DNA of 64,000 nucleotides from positions 160,022,001 through 160,086,000 of the forward strand of contig OX597814.1 in the NCBI GenBank assembly GCA_951406725.2, given 5' to 3'. How positions within the stretch are numbered: the first letter of the stretch is position 1; each line of letters opens with the position of its first letter. A program made the translations under genes and the position numbers. This DNA comes from Octopus vulgaris. Its lineage: Eukaryota. A model generated the notes under the pieces. The model had not been told where the DNA came from. It did not search any database and saw nothing but the letters and a program-made list of their open reading frames with translations. Positions 52,404-64,000 of this stretch are shown here, one piece after another.

Positions 52404-53867
52404 TCATGTGTGTGTGCGTGCGTGTGTGTGTGTTTGAGTGTATGTGTGTGTGTATGTGTATGTGTGTGTATGTGTGTGTAAGTGTGTGTGTGTGTGCGTG
52501 CATGTGTGTGTGCGTGCGTGTGTGTGTGTGTGTGTGCGCGTGTGTGTGTGTGCGTGCGTGTGTGTGTTTAGATATTACTTGGTGTCTTTTTACGTTTCCA
52601 GCTGTTCTTGGATTACAGAAACACGAACTGGTTATCATTTCAGATTTTGTGAAATGTTAATTCTGGTGCTTATCTTTTCAACGAAATGCCGCTTTTCGCG
52701 CCTCCAGTTCCCTTGTTGCAAATAATAAACTGGAAATAACAAGTTTCCAGCCACGAGTTACAATCAAAGGGAACATTGAACAAAATAATAGTGCTCAAAC
52801 ATATTGAAATAGTTTGATATGTATACTCAATTACAGGTGTTTTGAAGAATGTATGTAAGTGCCGCTTAGACATATGTTCATATGTTCATACCGGTATGTA
52901 GGTATGAAGATATATATAGAAGTATATGTGTGAATATGAAGATACAGTGTTTAGAGGAATGTATATAAGTGCAGCTTAGCTATATGTGAATGACTGTATG
53001 AGTATATGAACATATATAAAAGTATATGTAGGAATATAAAGATACAGTGAATAGATATGTATATGTGTTGTTCAGACATTAAATGATAAAAGGAAGAAAA
53101 AGATTAATTCAAAAAGAATCTAATTTTACAGTGTTCAGTGTTTAGTGGTGATGGAGGTTGTCATCTTCTAAATTACAAGGTAGCGGCAGTTATTTGGAAA
53201 CTGATAACCACGAACGGAAGTAGCCGAACCTTAAATTAAAGTCACTCGGCTTTACTGTAAAGAGTTAGACTCTTACTGTAGTTAATCAGGAATATTTCTC
53301 GCCATAATCAGTGTTACCAGCTTAAGGTTCATTAGCGCTGCTTACTAGAAAACTGTCTGAATGTGGTGTTTTCTAAAGCTGGGGAATCGGGTGCTGTCCA
53401 ATAAAATGATATCACTCTATGATTATTCTGATACACCGCTTACAAAATGTCTTGCGGTTGATAAAAGAACACATTACTTTAAAATATAGTGTCGTTGTTT
53501 AAGATAAAGTTTAGTAGAGCGTCCGAAATCTTCAAATAAACGGAGCGTTTCTTGGAAAATCTGAATGCTTTGTATTTAATGTGTAACAGAAATTCCTTAG
53601 CATTCTTACAGAGAATGGTATTTCATTTTAGTTCGTTTTGAATACATTAAGAAACACTTTAGCAATACTAAAATAAACTAGCTCTGATGAGCTAATGACG
53701 ATGTCTTGTAGTGGTTACTCGACTTGCCAGAAATAGCAACAAATATTTGTGTGCGTGCGTCTGTTTGAGGATGTAATTATATGTGTAATTTTGAAATGAT
53801 CGAATATATTAAAATATGAGGCTACTAGGTCACGGTTTTAAGCTTAAATATTCTACAGACATTAAAA

Positions 53868-54097
53868 GGCGGCGAGCTGGCAGAAACGTTAGCACGCCGG
53901 GCTAAATTCGTAGCCGTATTTCGTCTGTCGATACGTTCCGAGTTCAAATTCCGCCGAGGTCGACTTTGCCTGTCATCCTTTCTGGGGCGATTAAATAAGT
54001 ACCAGTTACGCACTGGGGTCGATGTAATCGACTTAATCTCTTTGTCTGTCTTTGTGTGTCCCCTCTGTGTTTAGCCCCTTGTGGGTAGTAAAGAAAT
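53868..54097 (+). mobile_element. Full-length OK-like SINE (tail type 1)
   Basis: 18-bp TSD atatt(c/t)tacagacattaa at 53848-53865 and 54098-54115. Confidence 0.92.
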
Positions 54098-55166
54098 ATA
54101 TTTTACAGACATTAATGCGTGTTTCAATTTGCATAGCATGCTGGAAGTGCGTATTTGATTTGCTGGAGAGGTAAATTCCTTACTTATCAGTTTAATAGCA
54201 CTTGAGCTAAGCACCAGGTTTCTTAGTTTTGTGAATCATTGAGAATAGTTTAACACATAAGGATCTCACGGGTTCGAGAGTGAGTAAACCCGTTGATCTA
54301 CATACTTATTGATATATAGTGTAAATGGCTTAGGTTGGTGGGAGGAGAGGAAAAAATTAGCCTCAGACTTAGAGATATAACTCAAACGCTTGCGGTACAG
54401 TGCACCTAATAACAACAACGATTCTTCTGGCCGGTTTTCACACTATTCCGGTCAAGCAAATTTCACTTACAAGACTTCGAGCGATCTGAGAATATGGTAG
54501 AAAACATTTGCTCAAAGTATTGCGGTGTGCGAGCAAACCCGAAATACGATACATATAAAAGGAAACCTTTTAAACTCGGTTACTTGGATATAGGCCGAAA
54601 CGTTTTAGAGACAATAACTATGGGAAGAATTTTCTCTAAGACAAAATCTCTCAGCGAATGCCGTTAGCATTCGAATATGCAGAAACGAGTTGATAACAAT
54701 AGTGCACATATTTATTTGATCATCTCTGCTTCATGCGCTTATACTATCTATCTACATGCATGCATGCATGCATGTATGTATGAATGTATGTATGTATGTA
54801 TGTATGTATGTATGTATGTATGTATGCATGTATGCATGCATGCATGCATGTATGTATGTATGTATGTATGTATGTATGTATGTACGTATGCATGTATGTC
54901 TCTTCTATATTTTAATTCTTATAAATCTTCCGACAAAGATACAAGTCCCCATCTTTGAGATGTAGTTAACACAGACAAATTCACATTTGGAACTTGAGGA
55001 AAGTCTTGCATATTTATACTGTTCCACTCACAAATTGGACTTGTAATGTACGAATCAGCCGGTGAATTTCTCTCTCTGAAAATCCCAGTTTATACAAGAT
55101 TCTCCTTTAAGCTTATGCATGTATGTATGTATGTATGTATGAACGCCTGCATGCATCTCTTTCTCT

Positions 55167-55239
<73 letters not shown>

Positions 55240-55273
55240 GATGTGCGCATGTGTGTACATACATATATTATCA

Positions 55274-55307
<34 letters not shown>

Positions 55308-55311
<4 letters not shown>

Positions 55312-57056
55312 TTGACATTTGCTTTATATTTGTACAAGTTGGCTCCAAGTCTCACCCGGAGACCTCAAGAGACAACAGGTTGGAAGTTCACGTTGTTGTT
55401 ATGCCTAGTGTGCCATGTATTTGGTTGTTTTTTGTGTTGTACTAGTGGATGTCTAAAAAAATGTTTGTTTTAAACCTTAAGATTACATAGAAAGTATTTT
55501 GCGTAGGATATGAGCAGTTCCCATGAGCACTATCTTTTGAACTTCTGCCATTTTTGGGTTTCCTGGTATCTGAGTTAGGTAGCAATCAGCCCCTTTTGCT
55601 ATCATTCCCAGGGCACCTATGACAACAGGTATTGTTTTAGTCTTCAGGTTCCACATTTTGCTGATTTCTATTTCAAGATCTTTATATTTGCTCAGTTTTT
55701 GGTAGGTCTTGACAGATACGTTTATATCGATTGGGACAGTCATATCAATGAGGAGGCATGTTCTTTGTTTGAAGTCTTTCAATATGATGTCTGGCCTATT
55801 TGCATCTATCTTTCTGTCAGTTTGAATGTCAGTTTCAAGCACTGGGGGTGGTTTGTGTTCCTACCAGTTTTTTTCATGGGGCAAATCCAGGTTTTTGCAG
55901 ATTACCCAGTGAATATATTGTGCAGCTCTATCATGCCTGTTGAGATACTCTGTAGGCGCTAGAAGACTGCACTTGGAGACCACATGATCAATGGTTTCAT
56001 TTTATTGCTGGCATACACGACACGTTGGACTACTGCCGATCTTTAATATGTTGGCCGGGTAGTTTCTTGTTGGTAGGCATTGATCTTGAGCTGCTATGAT
56101 AAACCCCTCTGTTTCAGATTTTAAGCCAGAGGCCATTAGCCATTGATGGGTCAGGGCTTTGTCAACATCTGCATTATTCGCTCTCTTTGGGTATTTGCCA
56201 TAGAGAGGTTTTTCTTGCCATTTATCATTCAGAATATCTAAGGCCGCAGATTTAGCACTGGTTTTCATGCGCTTAGCTTTTTCTGTGCCTGTTTCTTGTA
56301 TGTCTATCTCTAATTCCGAAATTTGTTGTATTCGGAATTCACTTAGATATTCCTTTGCTTGTTTTGTTACTGAGTATGATGCTTTCTTGTTTTCATGTTT
56401 TGAGACAAGTTTTAACATCCAGTCCTAGGTGTCTAGGCCAATTGTAGCAATCTTCATTGTTATTGCCAGTTGTAAAAGTCCACGGCCTCCCTCTTTTCTT
56501 GGCAGATAAAGTCGTTCTGTATCTGCCTTAGGGTGGTGCGTTCTATGTATTGTCAACAGTTTTCGTATTTTTCTGTCAAGATTACATATTTCAGTAATTG
56601 ACCAGGTAACGATATTGAAACTGTAAGTCACGACTGGTATGGCTAAAGCATTGATCGCTTCGATCCTGTTTCTCGCATTCAGCTCTGTCTTGAGTATTGC
56701 TCTTACTCTGCAATAACATTCTCTCCTGATCCTTTCCTTCATCTCTGAATGCCTTATTCCGTCTCCTTCAATTACCCCTAGATACTTGTAGTTCTCCGCT
56801 GGGTCTAATTCTTTTATGACATTCTGCTGGTCAAGGTTAACGTTAGATGTTTCTGTCATTTTCCCTTTGATAAAGGTAGCTTTTGCACATTTATCGAGGC
56901 CGAATTGCATTCTGATGTCATCACTGAATTGTTTGACAATCGCTAGTAAGCCCTTGAGTTGTTGGTCATTTTTGCAAAGAGCTTTAAATCATCCATGTAA
57001 ATGAGATGATTTATATTTTTATCAAACATTTTATATCCGTACTGCGCGTCATTGAG

Positions 57057-57058
<2 letters not shown>
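55308..57058 (-). mobile_element. 5'-truncated Dong/R4-clade LINE (RT motif YMDD to RLE and 3'UTR) inserted in (TAA)n
   Basis: INHLIYMDDLKLFA, MQFGLDKCAK, YKYLGV, HHPKADTERLYLPRKEGGRGL, LKSETEGFIIAAQDQ, CRVC, NRPDIIL..CLLIDM..KLSKYKDL; (TAA)n on both flanks. Confidence 0.93.
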
Positions 57059-57126
<68 letters not shown>

Positions 57127-57169
57127 GCTACTATTAATAACAAGATCAGTAACAACAACAACAATGATA

Positions 57170-57382
57170 ATCCTTTCTACTATAGTCAGAAGGTCTGAAA
57201 TTCTGGGGGAGAGAGCTAGTCGATTACATCGACCTCAGTATGTAACTGGTACTTATTTCAAAGAGCTCGAAACGATGAAAGGCAATGTCAACCTCGACGG
57301 AAATTGAACTCAGTAAGTAAAATCAAAGAAATACAGGTAAGCATTTTCTCCGGCACGCTAATGATTTTACCTGCACACCGCT
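57170..57382 (-). mobile_element. Degenerate OK-like SINE (tail type 2)
   Basis: gtcgattacatcgacc..aactggtactt..gatgaaaggcaa blocks. Confidence 0.75.
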
Positions 57383-57667
57383 TTCTTTAGTGCTTTATTA
57401 ACTAATATGGTAGTGTCTGTATTTACCGACGCATAGAATTTTGCACAGCATACATAATATCCACTTTTCTTTTTCTCACTCTCACCCTCTCTCGCATTTC
57501 TCGACACTTCTTTCATTCTCATCCCTTTCCCTCCTCCTTTACCTCAGTCTGTCCCTTTCCGTTTTTTGCTCTCTTTCTCGTCCCTCCCTAATTCTTCAAT
57601 CCCTCTTTCAACTACCTCTCTTCTCCCCGTCTACGCGACCGGTGTTCGGCCAAGCCTGACCTTTCTT

Positions 57668-57783
57668 TCCTGCTCGTACTGCGGATTCCTGCTCGTACTT
57701 CAAGACGAAAATTGGCACGAGTCTCGGTTCATACAACAGATTATTCGTACAATGGAGTACTCGTACTGCGAGGTTCTACTGTA
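57668..57783. mobile_element. One end of a Tigger-like MITE
   Basis: Ends tactcgtactgcgaggttctactg-TA with internal ctcgtact repeats; the partner TIR was not seen. Confidence 0.45.
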
Positions 57784-58039
57784 TATATATATACATACAA
57801 AACCTAGTCCCTTGGCTACACCAACGCACCCAGACACACTCCACTTCACCACCTCCTTTTCTCATACACACACGCACACACGCACATACACACACATACC
57901 CATGCGCTCGCGCGCGCGCACACACACACACACACATTCCCACTCCGTCTGCACACACACGTCAACACACACACACACACACACACCCACACACATTCTC
58001 TGACCATCTTCACACTCTCCTGTCCCAGAAATCCCTTTC

Positions 58040-58275
58040 TCTTTCTTCCACTTCCGGTCACTTTAGAAATGTAACCGTACGTGGATTCTTGGTGATTTTT
58101 TTCCATCTTTCTCTTTGGAATTTTCTCTTTCCGACGAAGAGCTATACTTGAAACGTTAATAACTCTCTCCTTTCCCGAAGCGTCAAATTAATACATTTCT
58201 TGTACACGTCCTCACGTTCATTTTTTTCTACTTTGCGCCGTATTTTAATTGTTTGTTTTTTAATTGACTATATTT
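58040..58275 (+). mobile_element. Degenerate Penelope-like terminal repeat with decayed hammerhead (58128-58160)
   Basis: ttt-CCGACGAA-gagc..cttGAAACGTTaa; homologous to 27387-27585. Confidence 0.6.
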
Positions 58276-58740
58276 ATAGACGACGGGCTTCTTTCAGTTT
58301 CCGTCCACTAAATCCACTCACAAGTCTTTGGTCGGCTCGAGGCTATAGTAGAAGACACTTGCACAAAGTATTAGACAGGAGGACTGAAACCGAATCATGT
58401 GGTTGGGAAGGAAGCTTCTTACCACACGGCCATACCTGCGCACATATGTGTGTGTATGTATGTGAGTGTGTGCGTGTATGTATATGCATACATATATATA
58501 TACTCTCGTACGTACATAGAAATAGACATATAAAATAACTATAAACGCATACATGCACACATACATTTATATATATCATATACAGATATATAATCCATAC
58601 ACACACAATCAAATACACACACACACACACAAAGCACATTCTTCATTCTAATGTTCCAACTTATTGCCTGGAAGTATAATATAATAATAAGTAATAATAT
58701 ACATTTCATACATATACAGATAAACATACATACATGTATT

Positions 58741-58800
<60 letters not shown>

Positions 58801-58858
58801 TATATATATGTGTATATATATATATATACACACGTATGTATATATATATACGTATATA

Positions 58859-58937
<79 letters not shown>

Positions 58938-59006
58938 CTTCTAATGGCCATTATTTCTTCTAATGTGCCTTAAAGTAAAACGGAATAGTAATACATGTAT
59001 GTGTGC

Positions 59007-59102
<96 letters not shown>

Positions 59103-59505
59103 GCGTGCTTGCATATATAACCTTCAATTACGGTCACTTTTAGACAATCAACAAAGGAAATTTCATCCTAAAACGTTAAACCCACTCAATGTGAATGACA
59201 ATCGCCTGAAACGTTGCTTCCAAACTTTGGTCGTTGTGTTTTTTTTTATTATATTTTATATTTATTACTATTTTATTTCTCTTAGTTTTATATTTTGGTG
59301 TTTCTCTTGTCTTTCAATGAGTTTCTTATTTCCGATTTTTTTTCTCTATCTTAACCCAACACTTCACGAAATTCTTTACATCAATGTTCTTGTCAAGTAA
59401 TTCCCTTTATTTATATTGGGAATTTGCTTCAAAACATTCATACAGTCTCGTGTTTACGCACACTGGCTGTGACGCCTCTACCATTTATGTAGTTGTCTGT
59501 CTATC

Positions 59506-59583
<78 letters not shown>

Positions 59584-59682
59584 TTATCTCTGTCTGCCTG
59601 TCTGTCTAATTATCAATTTAAATGCATACATACATATGTATGTATATATATGTATCTTTACATACATGCACACGCACACACG

Positions 59683-59721
<39 letters not shown>

Positions 59722-59862
59722 ATACATACATATAATATTTCGCTTAGGCATAGCAAGACTAATAACCTGGTGTAAAACTCAATATACGTATGGTCCAGAA
59801 CATAATGTTATATGAGTATAAAGGTAATAGAAAACAGAGAGATGACACCGGAAAAGGCAAAG

Positions 59863-60073
59863 GTTATGTAATGAAATTCATTAGCTGTTTCTGCCATATG
59901 ATGCGGTGGACTCGTTGAGTACCAGGATAATATTATATAGCTTCATCAGAGCTTTGAATATGAAGTGTACATTTTCAAAGCATACAGGCGTAATGTGTGA
60001 GAAAGTCTATAGAAAGAATCCACCCCATCCTGTAGCTGAAACAGCTGTAAGCTAATGAAGTTCATTACATAAC
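59863..60073. mobile_element. Inverted-repeat unit built from two partial copies of a hammerhead-bearing repeat
   Basis: ~50-bp imperfect inverted arms; minus strand carries agct-CTGATGAA-gctatat..atatggc-aGAAAC-agct, plus strand carries GAAAC-AGCT-GTA-agct. Confidence 0.65.
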
Positions 60074-60100
60074 AACAGGTTTTTCTAAGTCATCTCTTTG

Positions 60101-60137
<37 letters not shown>

Positions 60138-60204
60138 TATACATATAAATATATGTATATATATATATATATACACACCTTTATACATACATACATATAT
60201 ACAT

Positions 60205-60237
<33 letters not shown>

Positions 60238-60245
60238 CACACATA

Positions 60246-60292
<47 letters not shown>

Positions 60293-60294
<2 letters not shown>

Positions 60295-60610
60295 CGGTAA
60301 GCTTTATGAAAATAGACAAAAGACGAAGGCAGGTTTACGGAAATAAACAAAAGACGAAGGCAGGTGGAATATAAACAAGCAATTGTATTAGTATGGCGCT
60401 CAGGAAATATAAATGAAACAAGTCTTTAACGTTTCGAGCCTACGCTCTTCAACAGAAAGATACACAGAGAAAAAAACACAGAAAGAAGGAGAGAAAAAAA
60501 TATGCGTGCAAAAGCTAGCGAATCAACATGGCGATCTGATTTCGGCCAGAAATCAAAGATCAAACATGAGACGCAAGAGCGAAATTAGGGGAGATAATAG
60601 GGTTGAATGA
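60293..60610 (-). mobile_element. Penelope-like terminal repeat closely similar to 50540-50833, hammerhead at 60423-60460
   Basis: Motif identical to 50697-50734; 3' end abuts (TA)n. Confidence 0.88.
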
Positions 60611-62094
60611 CCCCCGGTGTGCGTGTGTGTGTGTTGACACTAGTGCATCTGGTGAATGAACGGGTAGTTGTGCCAGTAAGTGCATCAGCCGAGTGTTCTG
60701 AGAAAGGATGAGATGAGAAATGTGGTTTTTTGATGCCAGTGCGTTTTGATCGGCGAACGGGCTGTTACCCCAGTTGATTATTCCGAAATGTGACGCATCT
60801 GCTGATGCTCTGCTCTTAATACAAACAGACTGCCAATTCGAATATCTACGTTGATTGACAGAGGTACCACAAATATAATGACATGAGGTATTACCTACAT
60901 TATTCATTCCTTTGATTGCTGCTCACGAAAATGTTAGCTATTACTACTTGAATTTGAAGTAGTAACAAGCAAATGCTTCTATTGCATGCAAACGTGCATG
61001 AATCGATTTGGTAAGTTTACTTGTCGTCTCCATATAATTTTCCTGGCTCCTGGTGAACAAAACCAATGCCCGAAACTATGAATAGCAGCAGAAGATAAAA
61101 TTTTGATGATATAATAGAAGAACTGTGGAAATATCGCATGGAAAATTTCACTGTTTATTTCATGATATATTTAAGATTAAATTTGAATGCTCAGTTTGGT
61201 AATAGCATTTTCGACAACTATGTGTTCGAAATGGTAACAAAAGAAAATCAAAATCAACTAAGATGCCGTTTTATTATTTACCATAATAATTTTTGTTTCA
61301 ATCATACCAATCAAGATAAAGAAATAATGTTATTCCAATCAACTGGAGGCTATCAGGTGTCAAATCTTTGTGTTTGTAAGTAAACAATATTCGTTGTTAC
61401 AAAAATAGGCATCACAAAACAGAGTAAACAAAGCTATGGACACGCAGTTTTCATTGATAAGATATATGTAATTGTTACGCTTAATCAATGGGGATAGCTA
61501 GTACGCGGTCCCCGAGACAGGTGCTGGGGACATATCTTCAAACAAGAAAACTAACCCAAATGCTTGCAACGGAGTAGATTCCACCGAAGGAACCCAAGGT
61601 GCCAGATGTGGGTGTTAAACCGAGTGACAATGATGGGGTTTGAACGCAGAATGTAAAGAGTCGGAAAAAAACAACGCATCCCATCCGACTTTTTAACGTT
61701 TCTGTCATTTCACTGCTCTAGACTTTATTTATGGATCCATGAAGCTTGAAAACAGAGGTCGGCAATGCAACCAAGCAGAAATAGCAACATTAACACAAAA
61801 GAAAGCCGAACCAATTAATAAAAGAATGTAAGCAGCAGGTTCCAGTCGCCGTGCTTTATCACTCACAGTCAATAGTTTTATTATACGAAAAACAATCAGA
61901 TAACAGGATTGACAAAAAGGAAACAAAATATTGAAATACTAAACAGAATCACAACTTTTCATATACATTTAATAAACTGGCAGCAATGAGAAGTCAGAAA
62001 ATTACTAATGTATGTTTAACTAGCATCCATTTGACAAATATGTGGCTAAATACTTATATTGTGAACGATTCATTTTTCTGTCCACAGATAGTTA

Positions 62095-62351
62095 AATAAA
62101 ATAAATGTGCCCTTTTAAAGCCTAGCCAAGCTCATAAACCCGGTTTCCCGGTTTCTATGGGGTATGTATTCCCCAGCTGGACGGGACGCCAGTCCATCGC
62201 AGTGTTACTCACTTTGCCAGCTGAGTGGACTGGAGCAACGTGAAATGAAGTGTTTTGCTCAAGAACACAACGCGTCGCCGGCCTAGGAATCGAAACCACA
62301 ATATTACAATCATGATGCTGACACTCTAACCACTAAGCCACACGCCTCCAC
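62095..62351 (-). mobile_element. OR2-like head/CORE SINE with V-domain-like tail
   Basis: 13-bp TSD ccacagatagtta at 62082-62094 and 62352-62364; contains CTGCGATGGACTGGCGTCCCGTCCAG. Confidence 0.88.
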
Positions 62352-62899
62352 CCACAGATAGTTACTGCATTGTAAAATTTCTCTTGTCTGCTAAACTAAA
62401 TTTAATGTTGACTCGAAGTCCCTTGAACCTTCTGTATATTATTATATTATAATGTAGGTATAATTCCTTTATATAGTGTATACAGAGTAAAAAGAAAAAA
62501 AGGTTATCTTTTATATAGACTTGAACTAGCATCAGTTACATTTTACTGCAGAGATCCATCGAGAGAAATTACTACATTCTGATATCCAAAGTTTACCTTT
62601 TGGGATCACGTCAGTCCAAAGCTGAAAGATAAATTTGATTATGGCTTTGTTTACGTTCTCCGCTAAACAATAAATAAATGAAGCTACGAGCAGCTATACC
62701 ATCCATTATAATTAGCATATATGATATAGAGCCTTGATTCAGACAAGGAAATAATACAGAGAAATAATTTATACAGAAAAGGTAGATGTTTCAAATATAC
62801 TGTTGCGTGTTTGACTGGAGCTTGATAAGTTATTTTTCTCATTTTACGGACTGCTTTGATTATTTATGGAACATTAGAGCCAGTCCAGTGTACAAAATG

Positions 62900-63700
62900 A
62901 TGCACCGCAACCACATTTAGCTGATCTCAGCTTCTTTGAGGTAATTTTAGTTGTTTGTTTTCCAAACTAGACTTCTGTACAAAATATCGCACAAACCTTG
63001 CCGAAAAAATGCAGCAGCCGACTTCAATGGGGGAATGAATCTGAGTGGCACCCTTTAACATGAGACTCATCAAGGAAGACCTGGTATCTAGCTTTACTTA
63101 GTGGTGTTATTTGCAACCTGACGTTGATGGTAAATTCGATTCATAGATAGGCGGCGAGCTAGCAGAAACGTTAGCACGCCGGGCGAAATGCTTTGTGGTA
63201 TTTCGTCCGCCGCTGCGTTCTGAGTTCAAATTCCGCCGAGGTCGACTTTGCCTTTCATCCTTTCGGGGTCGATAAATTAAGCACCAGTTACGCAGTGGGG
63301 TCGATGTAATCGACTTAACCTGTTCGTTTGTCCTTGTTTGTCCCCTTGTGGGTAGTAAAGAAATAGGTAAATTCGATTCATAGGATTTCCTCTCGTATCT
63401 GAATACCTAGAGGATCTCGTCTCGGAGCCCGCTGGGCTTTCAGTTTCACCTGCTCTTCTTGCGCACTGGACAGATTGAGCAAAGTGGTCCTCGGCACTAT
63501 GATCTTATTCTTGGTTCTGGTTCTTATTTGACTGGTAAGTTGTTTCAATGCCTTTAGATATAGAACTTTGGGTAGCATCAGGTACTTTGCGTTGTTGCTC
63601 TTTGCACTTAAATTTGCTTTGGTGAATGTTCATGCTGCGTTCATACTTGAATGCCTACCATTCTATTTTTCTTTTTGCAATCATCTTAGCACCCTTCCCC
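62900..63700 (-). mobile_element. Probable N-terminal remnant of a HERO/NeSL-type RLE retrotransposon, split by an OK SINE
   Basis: AFKYERSMNIHQSKFKC (N-terminal Zn-finger-like), then HSAED, then SNLP..LD...LMLKG after the SINE is removed; heavily decayed. Confidence 0.45.
63150..63365 (+). mobile_element. Full-length OK-like SINE (tail type 1)
   Basis: 18-bp perfect TSD ggtaaattcgattcatag at 63129-63146 and 63366-63383. Confidence 0.92.
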
Positions 63701-63915
63701 ACACTGGGTGAAATTATGGTAGGACCTAACGAAGTGCTCGTTCAAACAACCACCTGAGAAGGTGCATTTTACACCTTGGATGCAAGATAATGTTTGCTCA
63801 ACATCTCACCAATGTGCTACGAGTGCAGAAATATGTCGAAACAATTGTAGTGATTTTAGATGAAGAATCTCGTTCATTCCATTTTCTGTAATCAGTCTGT
63901 CTGTCTGTCTGTCGC

Positions 63916-64000
<85 letters not shown>

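Noticed and set aside
60560-60907. 115-aa ORF upstream of a Penelope terminal repeat
   Set aside because: No GIY-YIG or other recognisable motif, and it runs into a CA repeat.

Overview
Repeat-saturated, AT-rich eukaryotic DNA, very likely from an octopus (coleoid cephalopod), judged from SINEs resembling the octopus OK/OR1/OR2 families and the dense microsatellites. I could not support any intact host protein-coding exon, so the window looks intronic or intergenic. Most ORFs in the track are microsatellite artefacts. The real coding remnants are all transposon fossils: six Dong/R4-type LINE pieces, two Tx1/L1-type pieces, a CR1/L2-like RT, a Penelope-like GIY-YIG element, a probable HERO-type N-terminus, and Tigger/pogo and maT/mariner transposases. 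There are also several MITEs and a tRNA-Cys pseudogene. Four observations stand out. (1) Nine hammerhead-ribozyme-like motifs occur, from at least four sequence types, some with variant catalytic cores and palindromic stem III; most sit in Penelope-type terminal repeats next to (TA)n. (2) A TSD-flanked Tx1-like LINE has a 3' tail matching one OK-SINE tail, which nominates it as that SINE's partner. (3) OK-SINE dimers and a trimer recur with a fixed junction. (4) Retroelements appear partitioned by microsatellite target: Dong and a non-coding 555-bp element in (TAA)n, Penelope in (TA)n. Family names come from recalled motifs, not database searches, and coordinates were read by eye.
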